Below, in pieces: positions 1 through 10,212 of a stretch of 32,000 nucleotides of DNA. Position 1 is the first letter of the stretch. Each line of letters opens with the position of its first letter. The notes under the pieces were generated by a model. The model was not told where the DNA came from, made no database searches, and was given only the letters and a program-made list of their open reading frames with translations. Source of the DNA: Desulfotalea psychrophila LSv54 (GTDB lineage Bacteria > Desulfobacterota > Desulfobulbia > Desulfobulbales > Desulfocapsaceae); NCBI RefSeq assembly GCF_000025945.1, contig NC_006138.1, positions 2,910,001 through 2,942,000 of the forward strand, read 5' to 3'. The position numbers and the translations under genes were made by a program.

Positions 1-1
1 A

Positions 2-367
2 TCAATGGAAGTTTCCTATAAAAAGCCACAGCTCATCCAAAAAAGAGTCAAAGACCTGCTCGAACAGTTAGACCTGAGCGATAAACACGATACCATAGCA
101 GAAGAGCTCTCCCGAGGAGAACAACAGCGTATCACCCTTGCCCGTTCAGTGGCCAACTCACCCACCATGATCTTAGTGGATGAACCGACGGGAAACCTTG
201 ACGCCACTACAACAACAAGAGTTATGGATCTCCTGAAAAAATCCAATAAGGCGGGAGCAACCATCGTCATTGCCACCCACGACTCCTCTCTTTACGACAA
301 CACCTCACACAGGGTTTGTGAATTACGTCACGGCGAAATGTATTCCATCAATGGAGCTTTGCTATGA
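2..367 (+). CDS. ftsE: Cell division ATP-binding protein FtsE, 3' portion (5' end outside window)
   Basis: ABC signature LSRGEQQR, Walker B MILVDEPTGNLD and H-loop ATHD; stop overlaps the ftsX start (ATGA). Confidence 0.9.
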   Translation, partial: SMEVSYKKPQLIQKRVKDLLEQLDLSDKHDTIAEELSRGEQQRITLARSVANSPTMILVDEPTGNLDATTTTRVMDLLKKSNKAGATIVIATHDSSLYDNTSHRVCELRHGEMYSINGALL

Positions 368-1251
368 GTTTTTTCCTCAGCGTTTCACGACAGGTTGGGC
401 GCAACCTCAAACAGACTTGGGCCTCCCAGCTCATGACCCTGCTTACGGTCAGTCTCTCTGTGTTAATATTCGCATTTTTCTTTTTAACATACACTAACTT
501 ACTCAATTTAGGAACAAAACTGGGCGACAATCTCACCCTCATCATCTACCTTGACGACGATCTCAGCCCCGAGTTGCAAGAGCAGTTTGCCACCAAAATC
601 AACAAATTTGATCATACTGAAAAGATCAAATTTATCTCCCGTGAACAGGCCTTCAATCGATTCTCCCAGCAACTCGGTAGCAACAAAAATGTACTGGAGG
701 CAATGCCCCATGATTTTTTACCGGCATCCATAGAGGTCACCCCCGTAAAGGGAATGCGCAGTATAAAGCAGGTAAAATTATTTTCAAACTACCTGAAACA
801 ACTACCGGGGGCACTGAAAATTCAGTATGGTCAGGAGTGGGTTAATCGCTTTTTTTACTTCACCAACCTTCTCTCAATGGTGGTAATACTCAGCGGCATT
901 CTCCTAATCATGACCACCTTCTTCATGGTGGCCTACACCATACGACTCACCATTCTTGGCCGTCAGGATGAGCTAGAGCTCCTCAAACTAGTGGGAGCTA
1001 CCAATAACTATATTCGCGCCCCATTCTTAACCGAGGGTGTGCTACAGGGCCTCTTAGGCTCTACGATTGGCCTCTTGAGCCTCTTTGTAATCTTCGAATG
1101 GATTTTAAACCATTTTTCCGAGCCCGGCATTCTCGCCATGACAGACTTCGCATTTTTCCCGGCAAAAACAGTTGCTATCATCGTCTCTGCCTCCATCTGC
1201 CTCTGTGCCATCGGTAGCTACAGTGCCATGCAAAAGCTCCTTCGTATCTGA
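364..1251 (+). CDS. ftsX: Cell division permease FtsX
   Basis: 295 aa, N-terminal TM plus three C-terminal TMs, motif LKLVGATNNYIRAPFLTEGVLQGLLG typical of FtsX; directly downstream of ftsE. Confidence 0.92.
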   Translation: MSFFLSVSRQVGRNLKQTWASQLMTLLTVSLSVLIFAFFFLTYTNLLNLGTKLGDNLTLIIYLDDDLSPELQEQFATKINKFDHTEKIKFISREQAFNRFSQQLGSNKNVLEAMPHDFLPASIEVTPVKGMRSIKQVKLFSNYLKQLPGALKIQYGQEWVNRFFYFTNLLSMVVILSGILLIMTTFFMVAYTIRLTILGRQDELELLKLVGATNNYIRAPFLTEGVLQGLLGSTIGLLSLFVIFEWILNHFSEPGILAMTDFAFFPAKTVAIIVSASICLCAIGSYSAMQKLLRI

Positions 1252-2528
1252 TGATATTACATATTATACAACTCAACAGATATCGTACCTCGGCAGCGGC
1301 AGGCCCTCAAGCCAGACACCTGCTTCTGGTGCTCAGCCTTCTATGCTTGCTAGCTAACATCATGCTCCTTCCTCTGGCAGCTGAGGCCACCGACCACCAG
1401 CCACTGCTGCAGGAAAAGAAAAAGCAAATAGAGACAAACCTAGACAGATTACAACGGGGTATCCGTAAACAGCAGGAGGCCATTATCACAGAGGATAGGC
1501 AAGAAACTGATATCCTGACTGAGCTTGAAACGCTCAATGAAAGAATTGGCAAAAAAGAGGTTAGAATTAATGCCCTGCAAGGGCAAATAATAGCACAAAA
1601 AAGAAAAACAGAGCTTAAAGAGAAGGCCCTCCTCACCCTGCACAGGCAAAACAGTTCCCTGAGAACTCAACTGGCAAAGAGGATCAGAGCCTATTACATG
1701 ACAGGCCAGATAGGCTTCTTAAACATCGCCTTTTCGGCCAAATCCTTCTCAGAGCTCCTCTCCTTCCGGGACTCCTTTGACGTTCTTATTCACTATGACG
1801 AAGAGTTACTCAACAACTACAGCAGGGCAATAAAAAAACTCAAATCAAGTAAAAAGGCGCTACTGCTGGAGCAGGAAATCCTGCAATCCTTCTTTACCGA
1901 GGTCGGCCAAGAGAAGCAGGAGGCCCAGGCAGATAAAGATAAAAAGGAGACCATCCTGGCAAGAACCAGGACCCAGAAACAGCTGCATGCGGAAGCCGTA
2001 AAAGAGATGTTGGGCTCTCAGCAACAGCTCTCCACAAGCCTGGTCAGCATCAAAAGAAAGCAGGCTCGCCGAGAAAATCGTTTCCTGAGCAGAAAAGGGC
2101 AGCTAGAGGCACCGGTTGCAGGCACAATCATCACCCAATTTCTTGAAAAAAGTACCAACAGGATGGGCATCGCTGAAACATCGATGGGGATTGCTATAGA
2201 GGCAGCAGATGGTAGCCCAGTTATTGCCACCGAGGCGGGCAAGGTTCTCTCCGCAGGTTATCTCCAGGGCTCTGGAAATACGGTTATTATCCATCACGGT
2301 TTTCAGTACTATACCATCACCTCCAGATTAGAAAATATTGCCACCAAAAAAGGAGCTCAGGTACGCCCGGGTGATATTATTGGCAGGGCGGGCGATACAG
2401 CGACCCTTATTGATGCAGGACTCTATTTTGAAATACGACATGGGAAAAAATCCATTGACCCACTTTCTTGGCTCAAGCCAACTGTCAAGACAGCCCAGGT
2501 AATCTTACCAGATGGCCCACGAGGATAA
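1251..2528 (+). CDS. envC: EnvC-like murein hydrolase activator (coiled coil + LytM/M23 domain)
   Basis: 425 aa, long coiled coil followed by degenerate M23 domain (GSPVIATEAGKVLSAGYLQGSGNTVIIHHG...GDTATLIDAGLYFEIRHGKKSIDPLSWL); follows ftsX with TGATG overlap. Confidence 0.85.
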   Translation: MILHIIQLNRYRTSAAAGPQARHLLLVLSLLCLLANIMLLPLAAEATDHQPLLQEKKKQIETNLDRLQRGIRKQQEAIITEDRQETDILTELETLNERIGKKEVRINALQGQIIAQKRKTELKEKALLTLHRQNSSLRTQLAKRIRAYYMTGQIGFLNIAFSAKSFSELLSFRDSFDVLIHYDEELLNNYSRAIKKLKSSKKALLLEQEILQSFFTEVGQEKQEAQADKDKKETILARTRTQKQLHAEAVKEMLGSQQQLSTSLVSIKRKQARRENRFLSRKGQLEAPVAGTIITQFLEKSTNRMGIAETSMGIAIEAADGSPVIATEAGKVLSAGYLQGSGNTVIIHHGFQYYTITSRLENIATKKGAQVRPGDIIGRAGDTATLIDAGLYFEIRHGKKSIDPLSWLKPTVKTAQVILPDGPRG

Positions 2529-2530
2529 AA

Positions 2531-3847
2531 ATGCGACAACAACAAATCACTGCCAGAACCCTAGGCGTTTGCTTAATTTTTCTAACACTTTTTATAGCAA
2601 ACAGTGCCCTGGCTGAACAAAAATCAACGGACAAGACCTACAAACAGCTTGAAGTATTCGCCACCAGCCTGAGCATACTTGAGCAAAACTATATCCAGCC
2701 ACTGGACCCTGAGAAATCTCTTACCGATGCCATAAGCGGCATACTACAGGGACTTGACCCCCATTCATCCTACCTCTCCGCCAAAGAATTTCATGACCTG
2801 CAGTCGGAGACAAGCGGTTCTTTTTCCGGTATTGGCATTGAGGTCTCTACCCGCAACAACAATCTCACCATTATTGCCCCTCTGGATGGCAGTCCTGCCG
2901 CCCAGGCCGGGATTGAAGCGCAGGATCAAATAATTGAAATAAATGGCAAAAAGACTGCGGAGATGAGCAGCCAGCAAGCCCTTATGCTTTTGCGAGGGCC
3001 CATCGGTTCAAGCATAAGCCTGAGCCTGAAAAGAGAGGGTGAAGAGAACCTTCTCCATATCTCCTTAATACGAGAGAGAATATCCCTGCAATCCGTAAGC
3101 TTTCTCCCTCTTGGCAGAGATATCTTCTACAGCAGAATCACCAGCTTTCAAAGCAACACCAGCCACGATTATGTTGAAAAGCTCAATCGCATAAAAAAGA
3201 AGAGAGAAATACGTGGACTCATACTCGATCTGCGTAACAATCCTGGAGGATTACTCTCCCAGGCAATCAGTATCTCCGACCTGTTTATTAGCTCGGGGGC
3301 AATCGTCCACACCAGAGGTCGAGCAGCAGAGCAGAACATGACCTTTGAGGCCAGAGACCTTGGCGAGGACAATGATTTCCCCATGCTTGTCCTGATAAAC
3401 GGTGGTTCCGCCTCGGCCTCGGAAATTGTGGCAGGGGCCCTGCAGGATCAAGGACGGGCAATAATTGTGGGAACCGACTCCTTTGGCAAGGGTTCCGTGC
3501 AGACAATAATCCCCCTACCAAACGGTGCGGCCCTAAAGATAACAACGGCTCAATACTATACGCCCAAAAATCGATCAATCCAGGCCCAGGGCATCCACCC
3601 CGACATCACCCTATCCCGCCTAAAAAAAGGCTCCAGCTGCAGAGAAAGTGCCGACCAATCCACCGAGGCCAGCTTAACCAATCACCTGGATAACCCTAAC
3701 GGAAAGGCAAAGAGAGCCCCCCGTTCCGCCCGGGAGAAAAAGGTGCAAAAATTGCTCGCCGATGACAATCAAATCCGGGTCGCCCGGGATATACTACGCG
3801 GCATCCTGCGCTACTCCGCCTATCAGGATGCTCAGGTTGGTGAGTAA
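2531..3847 (+). CDS. S41 family C-terminal processing peptidase with PDZ domain
   Basis: Signal peptide, PDZ (SGSFSGIGIEVSTRNNNLTIIAPLDGSPAAQAGI), catalytic serine region VLINGGSASASEIVAGALQDQ and lysine motif DSFGKGSVQTI. Start moved from the track ORF (2468) to ATG 2531, just after the envC stop. Confidence 0.93.
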   Translation: MRQQQITARTLGVCLIFLTLFIANSALAEQKSTDKTYKQLEVFATSLSILEQNYIQPLDPEKSLTDAISGILQGLDPHSSYLSAKEFHDLQSETSGSFSGIGIEVSTRNNNLTIIAPLDGSPAAQAGIEAQDQIIEINGKKTAEMSSQQALMLLRGPIGSSISLSLKREGEENLLHISLIRERISLQSVSFLPLGRDIFYSRITSFQSNTSHDYVEKLNRIKKKREIRGLILDLRNNPGGLLSQAISISDLFISSGAIVHTRGRAAEQNMTFEARDLGEDNDFPMLVLINGGSASASEIVAGALQDQGRAIIVGTDSFGKGSVQTIIPLPNGAALKITTAQYYTPKNRSIQAQGIHPDITLSRLKKGSSCRESADQSTEASLTNHLDNPNGKAKRAPRSAREKKVQKLLADDNQIRVARDILRGILRYSAYQDAQVGE

Positions 3848-4031
3848 CAAGCTGTAAGCTGACAGAAAAGACTACCAACAAAAGCGTTGACCAAGAAAAC
3901 TATCTCGTAGAAAAAACGCTTAAAGCTTCGGGTAAAGTCTTTGCGAACGAGACGTCCACACTCCCAGAAAAAATTCGAGTGCTACGGGGCTATGGTTCAG
4001 GACATAGCGAATGGTTAAAAATTATCGTGCA

Positions 4032-4880
4032 CTAGTGGGATAAATTTTTAAGCAACAGTATCTCCTGTTCAACTCCACCGTTATGCTGATCTATTAAGCG
4101 GACAATCCTCTTAACTGCCTCATCTAAAGAGAGTCTGAGTCTTGCCAGGATAGCCTGATTATCCTGTATCAAATCTTTTTTGCTATACTTAAAAAGCTCA
4201 GCAATATTAGCGGGAATATAGAATTCAGCAGCCCCAAACTTCTTTTTTATGCGAAGGTACTCATCTAAACCAACGGGATCATAATCACCACAATGGAGAA
4301 GAGAGATGTGCTCATTTGGAACAAGGCAGCTCAAGAACCTCCCGGAGAAACGGCCACCTGTGTAATAAACGATATCAACGGATACTCCTAATTTCTCAAA
4401 AGCCCAAAAGACGTCTATATTTTCTACCAGGGCAATCCTGCCCGATATTTCAAGTTTATCACCATCCCTGAGCTGGAGACCTGCTATCCCCGCCTGATCG
4501 CACCACGCCTTGGCGGGCAAAGAGATATCGTTTAGTTTGAGCAAATCTTCCCTTTCAGAAAAAACTCGAATAAGCAGAGCCTCTCTATCTGTTCCCTGAA
4601 CTCTTTTGGCATCTCTATAGACAGCCACGGCCTCCGCCCGAGTGGACACACCTGCTATTGCCGCATCAAGCCCGGATGGATATTGCTTTTGACAATATTT
4701 TTCTAAGCCCCTATAAGAAATGACGGATATACTCTGCCCAGCCCCCACCCTCTTTTGCTCTAAAACACCTGCTTCCAGCAGGGTTTTAATCCTACCCCTT
4801 AATTTGGCTGAAAACTTAGTGAGCGGTATACTCTGGCCCGCGAGCAACATCTTAAGATGCCTTGCATAAACAGCCATCAA
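4032..4880 (-). CDS. jetD: Wadjet-type JetD-like Toprim nuclease subunit
   Basis: 282 aa; Toprim-type ALVENIDVFW glutamate motif and HCGDYDPVGLDEYLRIKK (DxD) motif; ATGA overlap with the upstream SMC-like gene. Confidence 0.78.
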   Translation of the reverse strand: MMAVYARHLKMLLAGQSIPLTKFSAKLRGRIKTLLEAGVLEQKRVGAGQSISVISYRGLEKYCQKQYPSGLDAAIAGVSTRAEAVAVYRDAKRVQGTDREALLIRVFSEREDLLKLNDISLPAKAWCDQAGIAGLQLRDGDKLEISGRIALVENIDVFWAFEKLGVSVDIVYYTGGRFSGRFLSCLVPNEHISLLHCGDYDPVGLDEYLRIKKKFGAAEFYIPANIAELFKYSKKDLIQDNQAILARLRLSLDEAVKRIVRLIDQHNGGVEQEILLLKNLSH

Positions 4881-7576
4881 CTCAGCCTTTCAATTATTCC
4901 CAGGCTACGATCATCGACATAAAGACCTTCTAGCCCGCCACGAAGAGTATAGAATCTGCTGATAACATCCATAGGTTCAGGGCTGGCAACAATGGGGGTA
5001 AAGCCAAGAGAGACAGATTGAGCAACTATTGAGCCAAGGTTATCTGGATCAAGCTTAGAGACCTCGTCTAAGAAAAATGGAATGAGCACCTTCTTGCTAG
5101 GGGCCAAAAGTCCTTTGATAAGCATAATATTAACAAGCACCTTGATGGTAACCGTGGTCCCTTCAGACTCGATTGATTTAAGCTCAGTATATGCTTTCGT
5201 ATTGCCATTTTTCATGACTTCAAAATTAAGAGAGAAGAGATCAGAAACTTCAATTTTCCCCTTTGCCCGAAAATAATTTTGCAAATCATCAACGGACCGG
5301 GTAGACGTGCTATTATGCACGGATGAAAAAAGTGAGGTCTCCGTTGTTTTGACAATATCTTGCATCAAACCGATAATCTGTTGATTCTCAACAACAATAA
5401 TCTTAAAACTACCAAGATCAGAGATAGGTACCTTGGCAAGTTTTCGATTAAATTCACTCACCGCCGACTTAAGAACACCAAGGTCCTTGAGCATATCCCT
5501 CATATTAGTGGCCAAACTCTTCCAGACAGCATCCCACAGTTTCATCACCGTCTTTTCTTGTTCCGCCAGCCCTTCTATCTCGCCCTTCAAGGAGTTAATC
5601 GTTTCTTGTTCTGAGCTCTTTATAAGAGCGCTATAATATGTCCTTTCAATGCTGTTGAGCTTTTCTTGCAAAGACATACTTAGACGGTTCTCTTCCAGAC
5701 CATAACTGAAGTGGTTAGAAATAAGCACAGCCAGATCATCTTCATCAAAGACAAGCCCCAGATCAACCTGCCAATCAGCGTCTGGAACGACAAGCTCATG
5801 TATTTTTGCTACACACTCTCTCTCAAGCCTATCAATCTCAATGATTTTTTCGGCACCAATCCGTGATTCCTTTTTTTTGGCACTTACATCTTCGCCCAAC
5901 CTCTTTTTTTCAGCATACAAAACACCCCGCTCGTCATCTTTACTGCCAAGCTCTTTCTCCAGCTCTCCCTTATTCTCTAAGCTTTTTGTAAAAGAGATAT
6001 AGCCATGATGATATGCACCTTTTTTCTTTAACTCTTGGCTCAGCTCTTCCTTTCGTCCCAACAATAAAGCCTGTTCACGCGCAACAACGATAAGGGCCTC
6101 ATCCTTAGCAATTCTTTTTTCCACAAGAAGAATATCTTTTTGCATCTCTTCTCTGTTTAAGAATTTGGAAATATCTGGCCAGAGATGTGGTTCCAACTTG
6201 ATTTGAACTGATTCATCGGCATATGTACCCTCTTTAATCCTAGCCAGAACAGCACGTATCCTCGCCACAAGAGCATCACTCTCTTTAACTATTAGCCCAT
6301 CATCTGCCACCTTCATCCCGAGCAGACGGTGATTATAGAGGGTGAAAAATTGGCCTATTTCTTCATCGGAAAATTCACTTCTGAGATAAGTGGCAACGGA
6401 ATTTTCTACATTGGCCAGCCTATTTTTAAGATCCACAAGTTCTTTTGTTTTCCTAAAAAGCCTCTTCTCCAAGACCTCCAGAGGATCTTCTTTTATGGCG
6501 ACCAAATTAAATTTTATCTTCTCCAGCTCAACCTCAAGCCCCTTCATAATCTGAATTTCAATATCAGGGGAGTAACCAGAAAACTTGGCTTCAGCTACTC
6601 CTAATTCGGTGAGCTGGCCCTTCAGAGCACCTATTCTTTCAATAACAACCTGCAACTTCTCTTCAAGAACATCTCTGCGCCGCAGGTCTTCTTTTATTTC
6701 ATCCTCGAGTTCACCCTTTCTGTCACAGATATCACTCTTTTTCTCACCATTCTCTTTTTTCTTTACGGAAAAAAGCTCGCTTATCTTCTGATACCCCACA
6801 ACCATATCTGACCTGCAGGAGATCCTCTCGTCATATTCCATGACACATTTTTCTATTGTTGGGGAGATTTCCTTAAGGGTTTTGATCCTCTCCAGACCCT
6901 TAATAACCCGCTCATATCCTGCAGAATATGCATCCTCCAGATCAATACCATTTTTCGTTCTAAAATCAGATTCAGCGACGTGGACAAGGGCAGATTTCAG
7001 CTCTTTTTGCCCAACATGAGAGAGATTTAAAAGATTGTGGTACAAATTACGAATCTTCTCATATCCACCCTGATCCTTAATGGGTAACAAACCTAAACTC
7101 ACGCCCTTACTGTCACCAACCCCAGTGAGCGCCGCCCTTAGCTGTTTTGGCTTTAAAACAGTATAATTTCTATCGGCAAGTTCCACTCGAACTTCTGCAC
7201 TACTCCTTGTGGTGCCATCTGCGTTATAAAAATCCTCCAGCGAGAACGAGCCCATATAAGAAAAACGCTCGTGCGCCCCTCCCATGCCCAAACCTCTCAC
7301 CCCAACAACCTGATAGCCGTTTGAGGTGAGACATTCAAAAAGCACATAGCTATACTGCCCCTTAAAATAATACCGCTTTGTCTCATCCATTGGATGGGTA
7401 AAAAACATGCAATTTTCATTGTCGACATAGAGGAATTGCAGAACAGCTATAAGAGAGGTTTTTCCTGCATTATTGGCGCCCACAAGATGCACGGCCTCAT
7501 CAATAGAGACATTGCAGTACTGATATTTACCTGAATTGATAAGAATTATTCTAGTTGGCCCGATATTCATCCTCAT
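4877..7576 (-). CDS. jetC: Wadjet-type JetC-like (MksB-like) SMC ATPase
   Basis: 899 aa; N-terminal Walker A GANNAGKTSLIAVLQFLY, long coiled coils, C-terminal Walker B-like KKVLIPFFLDEVSKLDPDN. Confidence 0.85.
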   Translation of the reverse strand: MRMNIGPTRIILINSGKYQYCNVSIDEAVHLVGANNAGKTSLIAVLQFLYVDNENCMFFTHPMDETKRYYFKGQYSYVLFECLTSNGYQVVGVRGLGMGGAHERFSYMGSFSLEDFYNADGTTRSSAEVRVELADRNYTVLKPKQLRAALTGVGDSKGVSLGLLPIKDQGGYEKIRNLYHNLLNLSHVGQKELKSALVHVAESDFRTKNGIDLEDAYSAGYERVIKGLERIKTLKEISPTIEKCVMEYDERISCRSDMVVGYQKISELFSVKKKENGEKKSDICDRKGELEDEIKEDLRRRDVLEEKLQVVIERIGALKGQLTELGVAEAKFSGYSPDIEIQIMKGLEVELEKIKFNLVAIKEDPLEVLEKRLFRKTKELVDLKNRLANVENSVATYLRSEFSDEEIGQFFTLYNHRLLGMKVADDGLIVKESDALVARIRAVLARIKEGTYADESVQIKLEPHLWPDISKFLNREEMQKDILLVEKRIAKDEALIVVAREQALLLGRKEELSQELKKKGAYHHGYISFTKSLENKGELEKELGSKDDERGVLYAEKKRLGEDVSAKKKESRIGAEKIIEIDRLERECVAKIHELVVPDADWQVDLGLVFDEDDLAVLISNHFSYGLEENRLSMSLQEKLNSIERTYYSALIKSSEQETINSLKGEIEGLAEQEKTVMKLWDAVWKSLATNMRDMLKDLGVLKSAVSEFNRKLAKVPISDLGSFKIIVVENQQIIGLMQDIVKTTETSLFSSVHNSTSTRSVDDLQNYFRAKGKIEVSDLFSLNFEVMKNGNTKAYTELKSIESEGTTVTIKVLVNIMLIKGLLAPSKKVLIPFFLDEVSKLDPDNLGSIVAQSVSLGFTPIVASPEPMDVISRFYTLRGGLEGLYVDDRSLGIIERLS

Positions 7577-8120
7577 CTCCTCTTGCTAAAATTTCCTGTT
7601 CTTCAGAATCTTTTAAAACAGTGGTACAAAGATCAAGGAGACGGTACACAGGTGTCTTGAACTGAAAGGAGACCTTACCCAGGGTCGTTAGAAAACCATA
7701 TTTTTGCAGGGTCTCAATTATTGAGAAAAGCTTCTGCTCATCCTCCACCCCAACCTCTTTCATATAGTCTTTATACTTCTCGGTTTTAAAATGAGGCAGG
7801 GTCTCTATAAGAATGCTGTTATCGAAAAGAGCAGCCTCAAGATCAGCTTCTTTTCGATCCAAATCATCAATTAAGACAAAAACAAAAAGAAGCATCTGTT
7901 TAATCTGATTATTGAGGCTTTTTCCATGCTTTTTAAGATAATAAAACTCCTTAGGATGAGCGACTAACTCAAAGCCAAGGCACTCAAAAAGGTCAGCATA
8001 GCTCTGCAAATCGTTCTGGAGAGCAAAAAATAGCTTACCCTCTGAAAAGGAAATATGCCTCCCCTTAAGAAGCTCTTGATATATCTCCTGCAGGTAAGGC
8101 AAGTCATACTTATTTTTCAT
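7551..8120 (-). CDS. jetB: Wadjet-type JetB-like (MksE-like, DUF4194-like) subunit
   Basis: 189 aa winged-helix-like protein; 3' end overlaps the start of the SMC-like gene; position between JetA-like and JetC-like genes is diagnostic. Confidence 0.72.
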   Translation of the reverse strand: MKNKYDLPYLQEIYQELLKGRHISFSEGKLFFALQNDLQSYADLFECLGFELVAHPKEFYYLKKHGKSLNNQIKQMLLFVFVLIDDLDRKEADLEAALFDNSILIETLPHFKTEKYKDYMKEVGVEDEQKLFSIIETLQKYGFLTTLGKVSFQFKTPVYRLLDLCTTVLKDSEEQEILARGDEDEYRAN

Positions 8121-8124
8121 CTTA

Positions 8125-9390
8125 CTACCTCATATTTGTTATGGTAAGAGGGTGAGCGTGTATCCTAAATGTATCAAGAGAATATGTTGCTCGGGCATCA
8201 CCGTACTCAAATGCCAAGGCGCTCTTCGCCAGAAGATTGTAACTTCTCAGTATCAACAACATCTCTTTATCTTTGTAATTCTCTACAAGCCAGCCCAAAG
8301 TATCCTGAAGAGGCAAAGCAGCCTTGGCGCTCTCAAGCACTCCATCTAAGACATAATGTTTCTGTGGGTTAGCACGGGCTTTATTTCCATGATCAACCTT
8401 CGGGGGCACCACTGGCTGATAATTATCCACCTGTTTCAAATAGTCTAATGATTTAAAATCTTCAAAGACACCAATACGCTGGGCAAATGAGGGCAGGGCC
8501 AATTCGTCGGCAAGTCCCGTCAAGGCATCTGCTCCTCTTTTACTCACATTATCGAGAAGAACAGTTACCCCACGGGCAAAGAGGTTATCCCTCAATTCAT
8601 TTAACAGAGGCGTTATTTCGGCAAGAGACTCTTGAAATATCTGTAAAACTTCACGCCTTAGAAGTGGCAAATGGGACGAGACTCTCTTAATTTTATAAGA
8701 GATATCTTTTTGTAAGCAGTACTCTTCTGCCGCATAGCTAAGAAATTTTTCACACTTATCTAAAGACATGTCCATGACCTTCCCGACCTCGATCATATCC
8801 TCCAGGGGCAAGACATATCGCTTATAAATATCGTCAATACGACCATAACGGTCGGCAGAGGTATGTTTTTCGACGTTGGAACGTACCTTTCTTACCTCTT
8901 GAATAATTGCCAATCTATTACCTTCTGTGCCCTCTCTTAATTTCTCCATGACGCCCGCCATATCATTGAGAATATTGAAAATTGGGCCCTTGCTATTCTT
9001 TTCAAAGGCAAGCCTTAAACTATCCTGCAAAGAATCAAGCTCTTCTAAACGAGCCATAATCTCCCTAGGGGAGGTAAAGCGATGCTCCTGTTCGAGAAAA
9101 TCTAATAAATTTTTGATGTGATAGGTAACTTCATAGGAGGCAGTGGCATCTGGTAATGAGCGGATTATCTTGAGATCTAAAAGCTGCTTGAAAATATAGC
9201 TTGGCTGCGGATCAGTAACATCACGGTATGTTTTTATAAAATCAAGCAGTTCAGCCTCACTGAGATCACGGTTCATCTTATAGATGCTCACAATCAACTC
9301 GTAATAGTCTTTTACAACTTTCAAAAACACCTTGGGTAATATGGCCATAAAAACGTCCTCTGAGATACTTGCAATTTGCAAAGCAAACAA
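8125..9390 (-). CDS. jetA: Wadjet-type JetA-like (MksF/kleisin-like) subunit
   Basis: 421 aa ORF, helical kleisin/MksF-like organisation, first gene of the jetABCD-like operon, 4-nt gap to jetB. Start may be the internal Met (MAILPK..., 9345). Confidence 0.72.
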   Translation of the reverse strand: MFALQIASISEDVFMAILPKVFLKVVKDYYELIVSIYKMNRDLSEAELLDFIKTYRDVTDPQPSYIFKQLLDLKIIRSLPDATASYEVTYHIKNLLDFLEQEHRFTSPREIMARLEELDSLQDSLRLAFEKNSKGPIFNILNDMAGVMEKLREGTEGNRLAIIQEVRKVRSNVEKHTSADRYGRIDDIYKRYVLPLEDMIEVGKVMDMSLDKCEKFLSYAAEEYCLQKDISYKIKRVSSHLPLLRREVLQIFQESLAEITPLLNELRDNLFARGVTVLLDNVSKRGADALTGLADELALPSFAQRIGVFEDFKSLDYLKQVDNYQPVVPPKVDHGNKARANPQKHYVLDGVLESAKAALPLQDTLGWLVENYKDKEMLLILRSYNLLAKSALAFEYGDARATYSLDTFRIHAHPLTITNMR

Positions 9391-10212
9391 AAAAATAAGA
9401 AATGCCTGCCAAATGGCTCACAGCAAAGAGATAGCAGGGCTTACAGAGCAGTATACTCAATCGCTACCGGCAAGAATAGATAAAGATAAAAAACAGTATG
9501 CTCATTCCATCGCAGGATATATCCAATGAAATCAGGGCGCTATTTTCTATGAAAAAAGGTGGCCCGGAGGAGTTGGAGCAGCTGCCAGCTCTCTTTTTGG
9601 AGAACTAAAGGGATATAGTGGTGAACATTGAGAAGATGGCAGAGATGGCTTCGCCCAACCGGGCTGACGCTCTAATCCGACTATCAGGATGCTCTGTTCG
9701 CAGAATAGCAGAAAAGTAGATATCCTGAAAACTATGCACTTTATCCGGATATTCATGAAGCGCTAAAATCAAAACTAGTTGATTTAATACTGTTTACATG
9801 ATAACCAAGCTACTGGATGCAGTACCTGCGTTGTTGTCGGTGATGGATTTTTTAGTGGCAAAAACAGCTCCCGAGCCAGGTAATATTGCTAGAAACAGGT
9901 GACTGCATGATATGCCTGTTTCCTGAAGTACTCTGCCTGTTTTTTCATACTGATTGAAGCCATATCGATGGCAGAAATCGAGATAATAGCGGAATCCCTA
10001 ACGCGGCAATGGCGACCCCATTGCGGCACTTCTCTCTGTACGACAGAAGCCGTAAGTTGATTTATGAGAATGCAAGATATTTGGATCATGCAGTGGTACC
10101 CCGCCAGAAGACTGGATATTGTAGATGAAAAATCGTTGTCAACTCATTGTTACTCGGCAGAAAAACTGATAATAACTTGTTAGAGCAAACGAATAGAGAG
10201 GAGTCTAAATTG

